From NCBI GenBank assembly GCA_051294905.1, contig CM119379.1, forward strand, positions 20,646,001-20,710,000: a DNA stretch of 64,000 nt, given 5' to 3'. Source of the DNA: Botryllus schlosseri. Taxonomy: Eukaryota. This document shows, in pieces, positions 27,601-42,600 of this stretch (position 1 is the first letter of the stretch; each line of letters starts with the position of its first letter). Both the position numbers and the translations under genes were made by a program. The notes under the pieces are model-generated. The model did no database searches. It saw only the letters and a list, made by a program, of their open reading frames with translations, and was not told the DNA's origin.

Positions 27601-30600
27601 GTCGACGCGAAGAAAATGGCCGATAATTTCCTGAGCCGCGGTCTGGATGTAGTCAGGTGACTATTAGGGCTGAACGAATTGAATTCAATGACGGCATGAA
27701 TTATGGGGGAATTCGGATGTGCACCTTTTATGCGGTCACAAAGAAAACAATGACAAGCTCTACGCCACCTTGCAGATAATTTAGTATTTGTTCGACCATA
27801 CCTGTTTCGTTGCACTTGACAATGTTGCTTCACAGATTCCTTATCTCTGCTTACGTGCGTATTTTTGTACTTTGTACTACTACTCATCTTGGTTTCTAGG
27901 CTTCCACAGAGGAAAATAAACTATAATTTTGCTTGAAGACTTAACTCTTGGCGGTACGGAACGTGAATTTTCAGCACACAAAAATACCATATCTCACTAT
28001 ACTGGATTCGAACCGTCACAATTAACGCTCGAATCCTTTGCGTTCAGTTACGTTGTGAGCAGCGGGGTGGTGGACAAGCTGAGCGCGTATCTGGGCAGCG
28101 TGCGAGGCGAGATCGAAGCCAACGGGAACGCGGCCGCTTTTATCAAGAACGGGCTGCTGTTTCTGAACTCGGTCACGGAATTTCTGGCGCTCAGGTCGGT
28201 CGATGTTATATTATTCAATTGCAAAATGAACTGTGCGTCAGCAAAACCGTTAAAACGCAATTTTCGCACAAAACAGAAAATTTTATAATGTATATTTACT
28301 ACAGATTGGGGTGTTATTCCTGCTGCTTCAGTCTACTGTGTGTCTTGGCCTCCCCTGAGCCTATGAGACTGGCTCGTCGAACCACTGGTTTAGATGTATG
28401 GTATATCAATGAAGACTTTACCTACACAAGTGAATTCAATTTGCTGTAAGCATCTGATAAGTGCCAAGCATAACCGGCTGATTCAGCCGATCACTAGAGC
28501 ATTCAAAAGTTCAATTACATACCACAACTTGAGCCCAATACGAACGCGCAAAGCATAATGTCGCTGTTAAGCTCTATATTTGCATTAAATGACGATGGTT
28601 CCCTTCTGAAACGAGGAATTCGTTCGGCGCTTTCATAAGCGCCTTTGCTTGCTTAGCTTTCCCTCGTTGAAAACAAGGCATGTAGGCTACAGCGATTTCC
28701 TTAACAAAAACGTGGTCATGCTTAGGAAGTTTTTGTGAAGCAGCTGTTGTTAGTTCATCATGTATTTCGTAACTCAACATGCCCTGAATTAATCTTATTC
28801 ATTATCTGCCAACGCACCTACACAACGCTTTCTGAATCGCCGCCGGTATCAGACTCCTTGAAAACCTAATCAGCTGCTGCTGTCGCGTTCATTGAAACGT
28901 AGCCAATTAGCCAATCAAGAGCCGTGGTTTCGTGATTGCTAGTCTGCTATGGTCGGTGGCACGCCCGCTCTGCGGCAGCTACTTTCAAACGCTTTGCCCG
29001 AAATCTTAACGACTTCCCTGTGAGCTTCTTGCAGGGTTCTTGCTGGTTTTTATCAATAATCTATAAAATGAGACATTACAACGGAGCATTTTTGAGATTT
29101 TCCAAATTTTGGACAACCCTAATGCATACAATACATATAAATTGCAGACATCGAAAGGCCACTGGAAATAGCGAAGCCAGAACGCGCCGCACCAGCACAA
29201 GCAGCAATGCGTCGTCTGCTTCCACCGACAAGCCCCACAGAACCGCGACCGCCCCAGCCCACCCGGGCCCACACCCAACGTGGGACTCCGACCCCACCCA
29301 ACTGCTACTCACCCTGTACCACACGGAACTGATGGGCGTCGTGGGCGTGCTGTACGGCGTCCTGCTGCGAGGCGCGCCGGAAAGGCCGCTGCTGCTACGT
29401 AACAACTCAACGGTGGGTTTGGATGACGTGGCAGGATCGGAACCCCCTCGGGAAATCCCCGCTCACGTGCTGGGCATTGCGATGTCTGTCATGGTGGCGT
29501 TGAACGCGGTGGCCGAGCTAGATATCGATCTATTACAGGTATGGGGTGTGATGGATTTTCGACTTGTGTTATAGTAGTGTATGCAGCATAGTGTTATAGT
29601 AAAGGATTGTATACAATTAAATAATATATTCACATTGGAATACACCCGAGTATTTTATCCTATCATCTTCTAAGACTCAACAGGCCGTTACTAAAACCGA
29701 CAAATACAATACGAGAATTTGGTATGCTCGAATCCAATCAAAATATTTATCCGATGTCATAACAGATGGCCGGTTAATCCCTCGCGAAATTTTAATTAGC
29801 TTGAGCGCCGACTGTAACCTCTCGTGAATCATAGTTCGGACGCGAGTTAGAAAATTGCAGGTTATGATGCGGTGAATGGAAATTGAAAGGAAGGGTTGTG
29901 AGTCGATTGTTTGCTCTCCGCTGACTTAAATATGTTATCCGGATTGTTAGCTGCCTTTCTTTGTTTTGATAACGTCACATAATTCTGATGTACCTATTGC
30001 CCGGCTTCAGAAGTATACCAGGTTTCGCTCTTGATCGGGTGTTGCGCGGATTTAATGGCGGCCAGTCAAAGGGCGTTTCGCGACACGGCACGCGCCCTAA
30101 TTGGACTTAATCGATCGACCCCGGTTCGCGTGCCGTGTGACGTCATCAATTACGGCCCCCGTTTCCTTCGTTAACCCAGATCCGCGCGCCCGCCCCGGAT
30201 TTACGGGTGTGAATGGCGTTTGCAGACGCGATTACTTGTGGTAATGCGCGGGCGTCATTGCTAATTTTGGGGATGACGTTGCGGTGTTTCTTGTGAAGGG
30301 GAATTCCCGGCTCTCCGCTGATATTGACGAATCCTGAATCTTTTTCGGTTTGGAGTTTAGATTCGGAAGCGAAGGGTTATCACTCTTACCGGTGAATGCT
30401 AACCCCATCGTAGCCCCCCAAACCTAATGCGTTAAAATACATGCATGCCGAGAGCCTAATTCATCAAGTGCCGCGTGTCACAGGGGCGGGAAACTTCTCC
30501 GGTCGGGGAACATATATTACTCGGCGGGCCGGATTACAGAATCGATGCATTAGACATTAGTCGCGTGTTTATCCACCTATACAAGGAATAAACCGTATTT

Positions 30601-33600
30601 AATGGAAACTTTGCTCGCCAATGCATGTAGACCCGAACAGAACAACTAGTTTCATGGCCATCTTTCTCAGGCTGGCATACTTGAATTCATGCTGTGACAC
30701 ATTAAATTAGTCAATAATTTCGGATTAAAATTGCACTTTCATGGTAGAAACTCTCTCGCCCCGTGTATATCACATGCCACGGTCATAGTCAGCGAAATAT
30801 TCATCTTGAATTTATTATTGCAGTATTGATGCATCCGTTTCACAATAATAACAGTTTTTGCATTCCTAATGCCCAATTCACCAAGTGCTGAATTCAAGAT
30901 GATTTACTCATTGGCGACCCGTCGAAGCGAAGTGCTGCTTTTTTATAGTTCTCAAGTAGGCATAGTTCTCAAGTAGGCACAGGGTACTTGCAATGCACTA
31001 CGCCTTACCCCTCATTTCAGACGACTTCCGCTTCTATGCTCCACAGTTTTCATTTCTTATGCAAAACCAGGCCTGAAACCCATACTTTTGTGCTCAACTT
31101 GGTAATCGCCACTGATGCTATTTCGTATCGTGGCCCTATCCTATAATGAATCAGTTCCGTTCGAAAATTTATGCCAGCAGCAGTTTTCCAACATGTCCCT
31201 GTTTTTGTATGATTCACCCTTGTCGGCCGCTCCGCGTTGCACTGTATCCTGATGAGGAAGATCTGAAATCTCTCAAATGCCAAATCCCTCAATCTACTTC
31301 GATTGGTGCGTACTAGGGTTAGTTCGGATATCAACAATTTTTACCATCCGGATAACGGATATATCCGTATATTTGGAATTTAGCTAACCGGTTAACCGGA
31401 TAGTAACTGCTAAGTACGACAATCGATTTTACGAGATTTGCATGAAACACGGATCGCAAAATAACAACAGTGTTGTTGTATATCTACGTACACGTGCAGT
31501 ACGTGCGAATACGATAAAAATCACGCAAATTTAATGTTCAGTGCTTCTGCAATACCATCCTTATAAACCACATTGCATCAATTGTGGAATCCTGTAGATG
31601 GGACCGGGTTTTGTAACAAAGCGCCAACGTACAGTGAATGCTCTTTCTGCTTCCATAGAAATGGGCTGAATAGTAAGCAGCACTTCATAGAGATTCTCAA
31701 GGTTGGCAGGTCGCTTCCCAGAAGCTTCAAAGACTTTACATTTATTTAGGATCATTATTCTGTTTAGGTTTGAAGTACTGGAAGGACGAGTAGCTGATGC
31801 TGGAATTGCTAACGATTTTTGCTCGCTCTAATTCCTCCTTGAAAGATTCACGTGGTCAGGCGCGTAGTCAGCCTTAAAATAGGGGGTTGAAATAAAAGGG
31901 GGTCGATTTGTTTTCGAATGAAGTATCATCGGAAATCAATTGTGCATGCACATCATGTTTGCGAACATCTGAAGTCATTCGGTTTCGCGGTGTCACTCAT
32001 TAACCACAATCGCTAATCAGCATACACTTAACAGCATATAGTCTCCAAGCCATGAGAGTTTGGAGCCAACGCATGCTAGGCCCGGGACGCGATAGTTAGG
32101 CCAGCGATGATATATGTTTCGTACCAGGCCTATTGCAGATGCGATTGTGCAGGCCAGCAATGGTACAGTGTGCAGTGTGCACACTGCACAGGGCCTATTG
32201 CAGATGCGATTCTTCAAGCCAGCGGAATTAGGCTGTTGGAGACGCGATAAATAAGGCCAGCGACGATTGCCGAGCGCGGGGCAAACATTTCTCAGCGGGA
32301 GATCGAGTCGCGTTACATTGTGCACAGACTAATCACGCTAATTGACAACACGCTTCACGCTAATCGACCTCGCGCAACACTGATATAATAAGACGTATTG
32401 AAACTTATTATCCGGTTAACCGGTCGAATAATATCCGGATATCAGATAGAAAAAAAACTGCGGCTAACCGGTTAACCGTTATCCGGATAGTCCAACCCTA
32501 GTCCGTACCGCACCGTCGGCGTAGCAGGAAAAAAAGCCTCTTCATTTCATTTTCGCCCCTCGCTGTCGCAATTGGCACGAAAGCTGTCGATTTATCCGTC
32601 AGCGGCCACACTCATCCGGAGATTCTGTGAAAAGTTACGAATCTCACGCATCGAGTTGGTCTCACTTTATCCGGGCGCTCGCGGCTTTCACTACAGCATG
32701 GGATATACCTGTTTGCACCTCTTCGAACCCTAACCGACAAGATAGCGTAATGGTAAGCCTCCGACTTCTGGAGCGGTAGGTCGTGGATTAGATCCCCGGC
32801 CGGGTCACACCAAAGACCTAACTAACACTGGTATGCATGACTTCCCCGCTTGGCGCTCATGCATTACTGGGATAGCATGGAGGGGTGGTGCAAGACTTAG
32901 AAAGCCGTAATAAAGGCTATATCTCAGGGGTTGGGAAACTACGGCCCGCGGGCCGCATGCGGCCCGCAACACCGTTCTGTGCGGCCCGCGAGAGTCAATG
33001 GAAACTTCTTTTAAACATTGATAAAATGCGTACAAAAAATCGAATTAATGCAGGGACTTGATTAAACTTTTTCTTAGTATAATTGACCATGATAATTCTA
33101 AGACTGTGGTTCTCAAACTGGGTGGCGTGAAAGCATCTGAAAGGTGGGCGCGAAGCTGAGCTAAACGAAAAAATTTTTCTCGCTCCGCGCGATTTACTTC
33201 AAATTCATAATTCTTGCTCTGCATTTAGTCTGAATTTCATGTTTCAAAATATCTCATCCACAGTCGTAACCTTCCATGCCAGTGAACTATCCGTTAGGTC
33301 TGCTAGCATCGTGGTTGCATTTTGTACTGTGACGATAAGGGGGCGCGAAATCTTTCACCATCATAAGGGGGGGGGGGCGTGTGTCTTAAAAAAAATGAGA
33401 ACCACTGTTCTAGGGTAAACACTTCCTATATTCTTTTTTATGTTTAATTTCTGGCGCAACAGCCCGATCTCAAGACCCACGCAGTTTGAAACGTTTCAAC
33501 TGCTGAACATCACAGAAATCCTAAACGAGATTGACATAATTCGGATCACGAGTGTGATTTCAGATTGGCCACTCCAGTTTTAATTATTTCAGTGATGTGC

Positions 33601-36600
33601 TTATAAAAACGATTCGCGCGTGTTTTAGGTAGATTCGTTCTCTGTATGCGTAGAATCGGGGTAATAATATATTATATCTACACATAGAAGAAGCGTGTTT
33701 GAAGCTAACATGGTTATGATGCTGTCAGCATTGTGTGTCATGGAGCAGAACCAAAACTGGAATTAGTAAATCTATGAACAGATCGCTGCTCACAGATCTA
33801 AATTTCGATCCTGTTCTAAAAAGCGGGACAACCGACTTTCATCTCTATAGTTTTTACAAATTGGTTATAGAGGTCTACCAGCCTATGAAATCTCGCCACT
33901 ATGTTTCTGACGCGTGTACGATATCATCAACACAATATTTGGTTTGTTTTAAATAAGCACTTACATTATCTCCATGTCCTCGCTATGTAATCAAATACCA
34001 ATATTGCGTTTTGGTTTATAATCCCAATTCTATATAGTGCGGCCCGCAAATGGATTCAGATGTTGAATGCGGCCCGCGAGCTCAAAAGTTTGCCCACCCC
34101 TGCTATATCTGCACCTTCCATGTCCATCGGCATATGCACATCATGCACTCATGGTATGCATATGCAGAGATCGTGTGTATGTATATCATGAGCCGGTGTA
34201 TATGCCGCAAAAACATCACGGACAAAAATGAACTACGTCCTTTCCTTTCCTTCATATCACTGATTCTCCAGCCTTGTTTGTTGCAGCCAGAGATTTGGTG
34301 ATCGTAATGGATTACGAGGATTACCGTAATTTTCCGAATATAGTGCGCCCCCATGTATAATACGCACCCTTAAGATAACGTTTATATTATGGGAAAAAGC
34401 CTATACCCATGTTGTATATAGTACGCACCCTGCATTCGCAGTACATGAGTACATGAATTTGAATACTGAATAGTTGCGGTTTAGTATTCGATGTTGTTCC
34501 GTTTTGCTATGTCACTGTAGAACAATCATGACATAATCATCGCTAATCATAATACAATAACGTCATTGTCTCTAAACGAGGGTAGATAGTAGCCAAAGCC
34601 TGTGAGGTCGGCGACGCGATAGTTCAAGCTAGCGACACACGACAACTTGCGCACGAGGCCTATTACAATTACAGATGCCATTGCTCTGGCCAACGGTTAT
34701 GTCTGGCGCACCAGTCCTGTTGCAGATGCGACTGATTACGCAAGCGATTATATCTTGCGCACATGGCCTCTTGTGTATGCGATTGTTTAGGTCTGGCGTT
34801 GACGCGATGAATCAACAAGGATTGCCGCGCACGCTTGTAGCAATCAGCGACCTAATTTCACTCGCGTACGAAACGAACTGCAAACCAACTCAGCAAGAGA
34901 TCGAGTGCTTTGCAGACGACTCTCGTTAATTAGAAACACGCTTTTCGTTAATTGGCAACAAGCTTCTCTATTTGGCAGCGCGTTACACACTGTAATACGA
35001 ATTACGGGGCCCAAATGGCTAGAGGTGATGCGCGTTACAAACATGAAGAAAGGTGTGATTTCAAGTTTTTGATCGAGGGATTTTTTTTTTCAAGGCTTGC
35101 TGTACCCATGTATAATACAGATCACAGCTGTATTGCTGGTCTATAGCTCGTAGTGGGAGAATGACAAGGTCTTATGCAAATCACGTTCATGGATGTATGC
35201 AAAGCATTTCTTCTGTTTGGTAAGAATTTCGTGTTCATTTTGTCATATTCTTCTAAAGTTGAAGTGGGCACAAATCGTCATGTCACCATTCCATACTGAT
35301 TATTTGAATCTTCCGTCTGCCCCCACTACGGCATGTTAGCATAAGCCGTAGCTAAGTCGAGAAGGCTTCTTTGTCGCCATCTCAATGTTCTTCGAATATG
35401 TGTGCAAGGCTTACGAAACGAAATGATTGTAATCCTGCCAACTTTTCCGTGTAATCTTAATGCCAATCGATTACAGTGATGCCGTAATCGCCCCATGCCC
35501 GGTCGCTATTATGAAGGCCATGCCTGAAGCGTCCGCCATTTGGGCTTTGGCGGATTACTGTTACGCGGCGCGTGTGATTGACAGATTTGAAATATATCGC
35601 CAACACTGTGCCTTGTTTTTTCAACTCTGTGAGAGCAGTCGCTATTTTTGTATTTTTTTCGCACCGTTTCACGCGTTGAAAGATGGCGATAGATTACGGT
35701 CCTACCAAAATCGCATGGTAATCCTTAAATTCCGGCAATGACAGATCAATAACAGTAGCTTGCGAGTACGCTAAATGCAGTCAACTCTGTATACTGTAGT
35801 CGGGTAGGATTGCTAAGATGTTCGCTACCGATTTGGATAATGAAGCCTGGTCTCGTAACAGGTCGTAACTCGTCAAACCCCAGCCTATAGCGTCATCGAA
35901 ATTGTGACGTAACATCGGTACCCATTCAATAAATCCCTGCAGCAGTTCTGAATCACTTACTTCTGGAACGTGATTTGGCTTCACGAAGAGGTGTGACGGA
36001 GGCGATTCCGGCACTATTTGTGCCTACAGTGAAATCGCCATTCCAATTCCAGAAAATTAGCGACCGCGTCAAGGTCTCTCTCGGACTAAAAATTGGGTGC
36101 GTTGCGGTGGTTTTCCACTCGCAATCGTAGTGATTTATTACAATCCTTAGACGTTACATTGAATTGTCGAAATTTAACTATAATTTTATTTCAAATTTCT
36201 TCATGGATTTCTATTTTAATTGGTCTTTTACGACCTGCAGGCTACTATTCAACAGTTTCGTAGAACACTTACGGCATCGCGACGTCCAAAGTAAACCACG
36301 GACTCTGCGTTACGTTAGGATGCAGAAAAATACGTTTCAAACTTCGAAATCAATTCGAAATTTGATGTTTCATTTCTCCAATTACGGGACAAGCGTCCAA
36401 CGTTACAGTTGAGATGTTCGCGTGCTTGCCTGACGTGATCGTCGATGGCCAACTGGAAAACAAATGTTGCAAACTAGCGGTGCGTTACCGAAAGCCTAGC
36501 ATGAAAGTGGACCGTGCTACAAGTCGGCAAATAATTAATATCGTCCTGGTGCAAATGACCGTAGTAGTCGAAACCCCGTGATTATCAAAACAACTCCGGA

Positions 36601-39600
36601 CTCCGTGCGAGAAGGCGAAAGGTTAAGTCGCTTGTTGACTTTTGTTGCCTGCCAAAAACCTTGACAGACATCGAAAACTTGCTGACGGACAGCCCTCGAA
36701 GGCTACTTGCTGGCGTTCGAGTCTGTTTTCGTGAGTGGCCGTTTCCTCAATAGCGTGTCAGGCGACAACGCCAAAAACAACTATCGGCTATTTCACCCGA
36801 TGTAACTTGCTCACTCGTAAGTCGGGCAAAGTTTGTACATTTTATATATTATACCGGGAAGCATTGACCGGCACTCTGTTCGTCTTTGAACCGTGAGCGG
36901 CGAGCGACCAGTCATAGACGCAAATCAAGCAAACACTGCCCAGAAAGATAAACTGTGCCGACTTTTTGAGTGGCCGCGACGGGATGACACGGAATGGTCA
37001 AGTTAACGCGGTGACCCGTTGACGCTTGTCGGCGTTGAACCGCGAATCGGCCTTTGAAGACTACTGTGTAGGCTCAAAAGTTTCGACAGCCGGCAGCGAC
37101 AATTTCTTGGCGATTTCCGGTGTCAGTCCCTGTCCGGGCCTGCGCGGCTGCCCCAGCACCGCCTACGTGTCGCGCGTTGTCGAAACGCGAGTGGATCTGC
37201 GCATCCTGTGCTGACTTCGGATATTTTGTTATGTAATCTGCGTGAAACATGTGCTCGGGTTGCTGTGTTTGGCGATAGGTGTATTTGCATATTCAAGGTT
37301 AGCGGCGTTGTCTTTTGTAAGACTGGTGCTATGTGAGCTTAAAGCCAAAACTTTTTCACCGTGTGCGAGATCATAGTGTCCTACAACGGTGTGGACACAA
37401 GCAAATCTCACGGCTCACTGCGATTGGGCTACGCCATTCTTTCCGTATGGCCGCCGAGCGCGAAATTTGATGATAGGTAATTTGGTATCAATCGAAAGCT
37501 ACCGCGGTACGTGATTGCGAAAACTTGTGTACTCCGAAAAAGCAGATGCATTTGGTCACCGATCATGACCAACTCTGCATGATCGGAGCCAACTGACTAG
37601 GCACGTAGAACAAGCTATAGTATAGGACAACATCTACAATCCGCCCAAACGATTTATTTTAATAATTCGGACGCGCTTAAGAAATTTCGGCATCCTATTA
37701 TTGTGTGTATTGCATCGTCTGAAAAGTTCGATTGCAGCTAGGCGACTCAATTCTGACACGAGGTCGTGTTGTTGCGCATCTTACATTGGTAGGGTAGAAC
37801 TAAAGTATAGGACCGTGGTACAAAGCCGCAGGTGCGGGGGAAATTACCTCAAATAAATGGCCTCCATTACTGACAATATTTCATGATCCAATTCGTCGCA
37901 CCGCGTGATCGTCATCCCCTTTCGTAAAGAAACACTTTCACTCTTGAGACTTTTCATGTCACGTCCGAAAATCTCACCCTCGCCCACTCTCTCAATTATT
38001 CAGCGCCTTTTCACGCGCATTGCCGCTCGCACCAAGCAGCATTACTCAAGCGGCAATCATTCATCGAAATAAATTCACCGTCGCGGCCCGCGAGATCGCA
38101 ATCGCCGCCGAAGTCGCATTGATGAATATTTCAGACCGCGCGTTCACCCGCATTAGTCTGCCCGCGAAATTTATCTGGTCTGTCAACCGACGCAGGGCTG
38201 TACCCTGTGTTTGGCAACCGGTCGAATTGCCGGCGCTTGTAATGCGCGTATATTTTCGCGATGCAATAAATTCATTCCCTAATCATATTATGGGTTACGA
38301 GATGTTATCGGCGCGGCGCGCAGTAATTGTGGGTTGTAAATCTAAGCCGCCCGCTCATGCAAGATGCGGCGCCGTGTAATTTAGCGCATGTTCCCGCGCG
38401 ACACTACAGCAACAGCGAACGGGTAAATGGGATCAATGGTGGAAATATTTGGTTCCTTCTCTTCGATACTGGTTTTCAGTCAGTGTGCGTTTTCCTCGAT
38501 GCGTTATGCCGAATCTGGTGGCCGGAGGCCAGCTGTAGAGAACCTCACTATACGATTGAATATTTTCGGCTGACACTCGCCAGGGTGGCGTCATATTTGG
38601 TGATGCGACTGTTGACATACAAAGTTCTTGGCGATTACCCCTGACAAGTGTCAACCAAATATTTGGGTTTATTTCAATATGAATATATTATTAAATTGTA
38701 AATTGGGGTTTTGACATCAATTGAAACTACATGGCGTTTCATTAGGATGTGCGGGATTTTGTCGATGCTGTCCGCTGCTGGTAGGGTATTGGAAATCACG
38801 GTGTTTTGTGATCTGTTTTTCTTTATCGAATGCGGATCCTGCTACGGCATCTCGTATGCCCGAAACGCCCCACCTTGCCTTAATTTAGTAGCATACGCGG
38901 TGAAATAGCGTCATAATGCTCCAGGACAAGAATACTTCTGGCCGTTTTTGTTTATTTCCCGTTTCTCACCGGACGTGACTGGCCCTAAGTCATTTTGTCT
39001 CGCAAACCTTGTCGGTCCACCCGCGCTTGAACGGACATTTCGATTCGGATTTGAACTTGGAAATCTGAATTTGAGATTTCAGCCGGACTTCTGTTGTTTC
39101 CGTCTAGACATGGCACGAAAATTATTCCAACCTCATACAGAACATCAACTAATCCGCTTCTTTATTTTCGGCCGTTATTTGATCGCAATGAATCGCATAA
39201 AGCCAATTATATTTATAGACATATTTTTAAAGAAGCGCGGCAGCTGTATCTTACAACAAAGCCGCCCGTCATTTTGTCAATCGGGAAATTTTCTTTTGCA
39301 TATCCCGTCTCTGTGAATCATCCCGCCCTGGTAGCGACCTCCAACCGAACGAGATGACCTTGGATGAGAGTTGTTGCCAATGCCGGGATCTTCTATGCCA
39401 GATAACATCTCAGATTGCATCTCGTGTTTGCTTAGCATCCTTGTACGGATTCCCGCTTTTCGGTCGCGTAGCGCATTTGTTCAGCGGTGCCCGACCCGCG
39501 GAAATTCTAGACGGAGATACTAAAAACGATAGCGTGCCAATCATAACTTGGAAAAGAGTCGGGATGCGCGCTTGTTTGGATGCTTGCTTCGACTTGTTTG

Positions 39601-42600
39601 CTCAGTGATTTGATAAAAATCTACACGCTTGGGATGGTTTTGGAGATTACGATGTTTTCCCCCCGATTGTTTCAGCCCGCGCGCAATCTTGTTAGCGGTG
39701 ATGTCCGTGAAATTGTATGGGTTTGCTCCGACTGCGAATTTCAGCGTGATGCACCCTTTGACCCTCCTTTATCTTGGTTAAAAATGTCAGATTTTGATTA
39801 TTCCGAGCTTGATGAAAGCGTGTGTTTCTTGAAGTCGTGCTACTGGCCCTAAGAAACGACTGAAGTCTGAGAAAGGGGTCTCTTTCGACTGGTTTATATT
39901 GATCTGTACTTTGAGGTTTAGAGCATTGCACTTAGTAATGAATGCATGTACGGTATTTTATGATGATGAAATAGATGTCAAGTTGTTTGTGTCGTAGAGG
40001 AATTTCTTTGATCATATTATTCCCTAACAAATCCTTAACGGATGTGCGAGAACAGTACAAAAGCACCTGTGGTACGCTTCAAAACTATAGCAAGCTTGAG
40101 CGCTAGAGAGTCGCAATGATGTCTCGTGTAGAGTTCGGATATGGCCGACATTTTCGAGGGATCTTACACGATTCTGCGACGATGGCTTTATTTTATCACG
40201 GTGGTTCCCAGCCTTTTTCGTGAACGTTACATGTCTCGCTACCAAATCGCCTGGTCTTGATAAGCTATCTTGTCTTCACGGTTACACTATCTCGTTCATA
40301 TGAGACCACATTCGGGCCTGCTCATGTGACGGCCGACTTGCGACCCAATAGACATGAACCGACTTCGAAATTAGTGGTGTCACGAATTCATTGAGAATGG
40401 CCGTATCAGCATTGCACCGCAATTACTCCCTTTCTGCCCCCTGCTTTAGTATGTGACACTGTGCGGATCTGGGCAGTTAGATAATCCTAGGCGTCTTGTT
40501 GTAGCGTATAGCCGGTAAGCTTATTCTTGTCTAATTTGTTAAATGAAATTGCTACAGGAGACCTGTGCAGAGCGAAACGAATCACGCTTGCTGCACAGAC
40601 ATTTGCCATTGCCGTGCTCGCGTGAATCAACAGTGACTTGATATGAACTGAACAATGTTCAGTGAACATGATTTCATTTCCAATTTTTTTTCGCGAATTC
40701 AGTAATTCTAATTCAAATCTAATTTTGAAATACAGGAGAGGGCCTCTAATTGCATAATCTCACATCACGCGGGTATGATTCGTGCCAGTATCTCTTTTCA
40801 ATAATCATCACAATTCACTGTATAATTATCCGTGTTGCCGGTGCAGTTTGTTGATTTTAGCTGGCTTGAGTTCGATAGCATCGCTCGCGCCACGATCTTC
40901 CCTGACCCACCCGGCTTATCTCGCTCGACCCGAGATCGCCGATTACAGAATCCTCCGTTTTAATCGCGGCCGTATATCGGGGATAAATATTGTTAACTTT
41001 CCCATGTCGCGCCGCTTGTCATGTGTGGTAATCTGCTTACGGATTCCGTGTACAAACATGGTTTTACACGGAGAAATTGTGAAACTGCGCCGTGTGATGT
41101 ACGCGCCGGGCGAGGCGCGCGGCGCTTTTACCGCTGGGCTGACCTTGTAAAGTCCGGCGGTATCCGTGTAGCTGTTGTTTGTTGGAGACTTCGATGCGTC
41201 TCGCGGGATAAAGAAGGCGTATTTATGCGAGGAAACGTGTAAAAAAGCCGTCAGCGTCTTTGTAGCGTTGCTGCGTTAAAAAAACAGTGTTTCGCAGGTG
41301 GGTAAATACTATGCGGCTATGACGCACTGAGATAGAATGGCGGCCGTGTATACTAATTGGGGAAACTGAGCGTATATAGGAAAAGAGGTCTAACTTGACT
41401 GCGCGCTGACAAATATTTTCAATGTATCCGGGTCGTGATGTCATCTTTTTCATCTCTAGCTTGATATCTGATTCTGACTCTGGCTCGTTTTTTTATCAGT
41501 TTCAAAACCCCACATAATTGCGACACAATGATAAGAAAGGAAATTCTCGAAACGACTTTGATTAACTTTTAATCAGACGCTCACCTTGTCCTAGAACAGC
41601 CGGTCTTGACATCTTGTAACCTTGCGAACCCTTACGCTACTAAGCCATGGACGAAACCCAAAAGGTAGTGGCATGGCATGTGACGGTGGGCGATGTCAAT
41701 ATGTCGGATCAGGGCCCGGTATTCTCGATCGCTGTCATTCAGCATATTCTGCTTGTATTTTGACTTCGATTGTCGCGAGATACTATTTCGTAGTCCACTA
41801 TACGTCCTAATTGATTCTCCGCGCGAAACGGAAAATCTTCAGAAGCGCTATTACCTTAGCAACTGAAATTGTTGTGGCGCAAGTGAATGTCAGACGCACT
41901 TCGGTTGCCTGTCCTTGTTCCATCGTGTTGAATTGAAATTAACTAATCCGCCTTCCGTCAGAACACAATCAAAATTGCTCCTAACCTCCATATTGATGTT
42001 CTGTATCATTAAGAGTCTCTTCATATACTTGAAGAGTAGGTGTTCTCCCCTGTGAAGATTTGGGATTCGTATTTCAGATCTGGTTTGGTCCCGACGCACT
42101 TTTATCGCGTCCAAATCAATGTTCACAGAGATTTATTGACCAAATTTGATCAAATGAGATTGAAAAGATTCATCCCAAAGCGACATAAGCTGCGTTGGAC
42201 GCGCGCAGTCTACAATGATAAGCTAAACTTACCATTTATTACGGCGTTTGCTTTTCAGGAAAGTCTGGGCGCCGAAGGCGTGTCGCTGGAGTTCAGGCAT
42301 ATCTGCACGTACCTGTTGTGGTACTGCCAGCACGGAGATCGGGACGGCCTGCTGCACGAGGTCATTATTTGCGTGGGACATTTCGCGTTGCAGAATAAGA
42401 AGAATCAGGTCAGTTAGCGCGACGCCGCCAAATTATTGTAGCCCGTAAATCGTGATTGGTATGGAAATGATTTCGTGACTCGTGTTTCGGTGGCAGATTC
42501 TCGAAAAGTCCGTCTTCAAACGAGATTTCCAGTACAATATCCCAATCAATCTCGTTCCTAGCCTCGAACGAGTTTTTGTATCGTATTTGTTGTTGGTAAA

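Noticed and set aside
31246-31280. CTGATGA…GAAA hammerhead-like string
   Set aside because: No stem I or stem III pairing around it.
37040-37095. aaaggccgatt on the minus strand near 37045-37056, matching the guide sequence
   Set aside because: No box C, box D or terminal stem; chance match.
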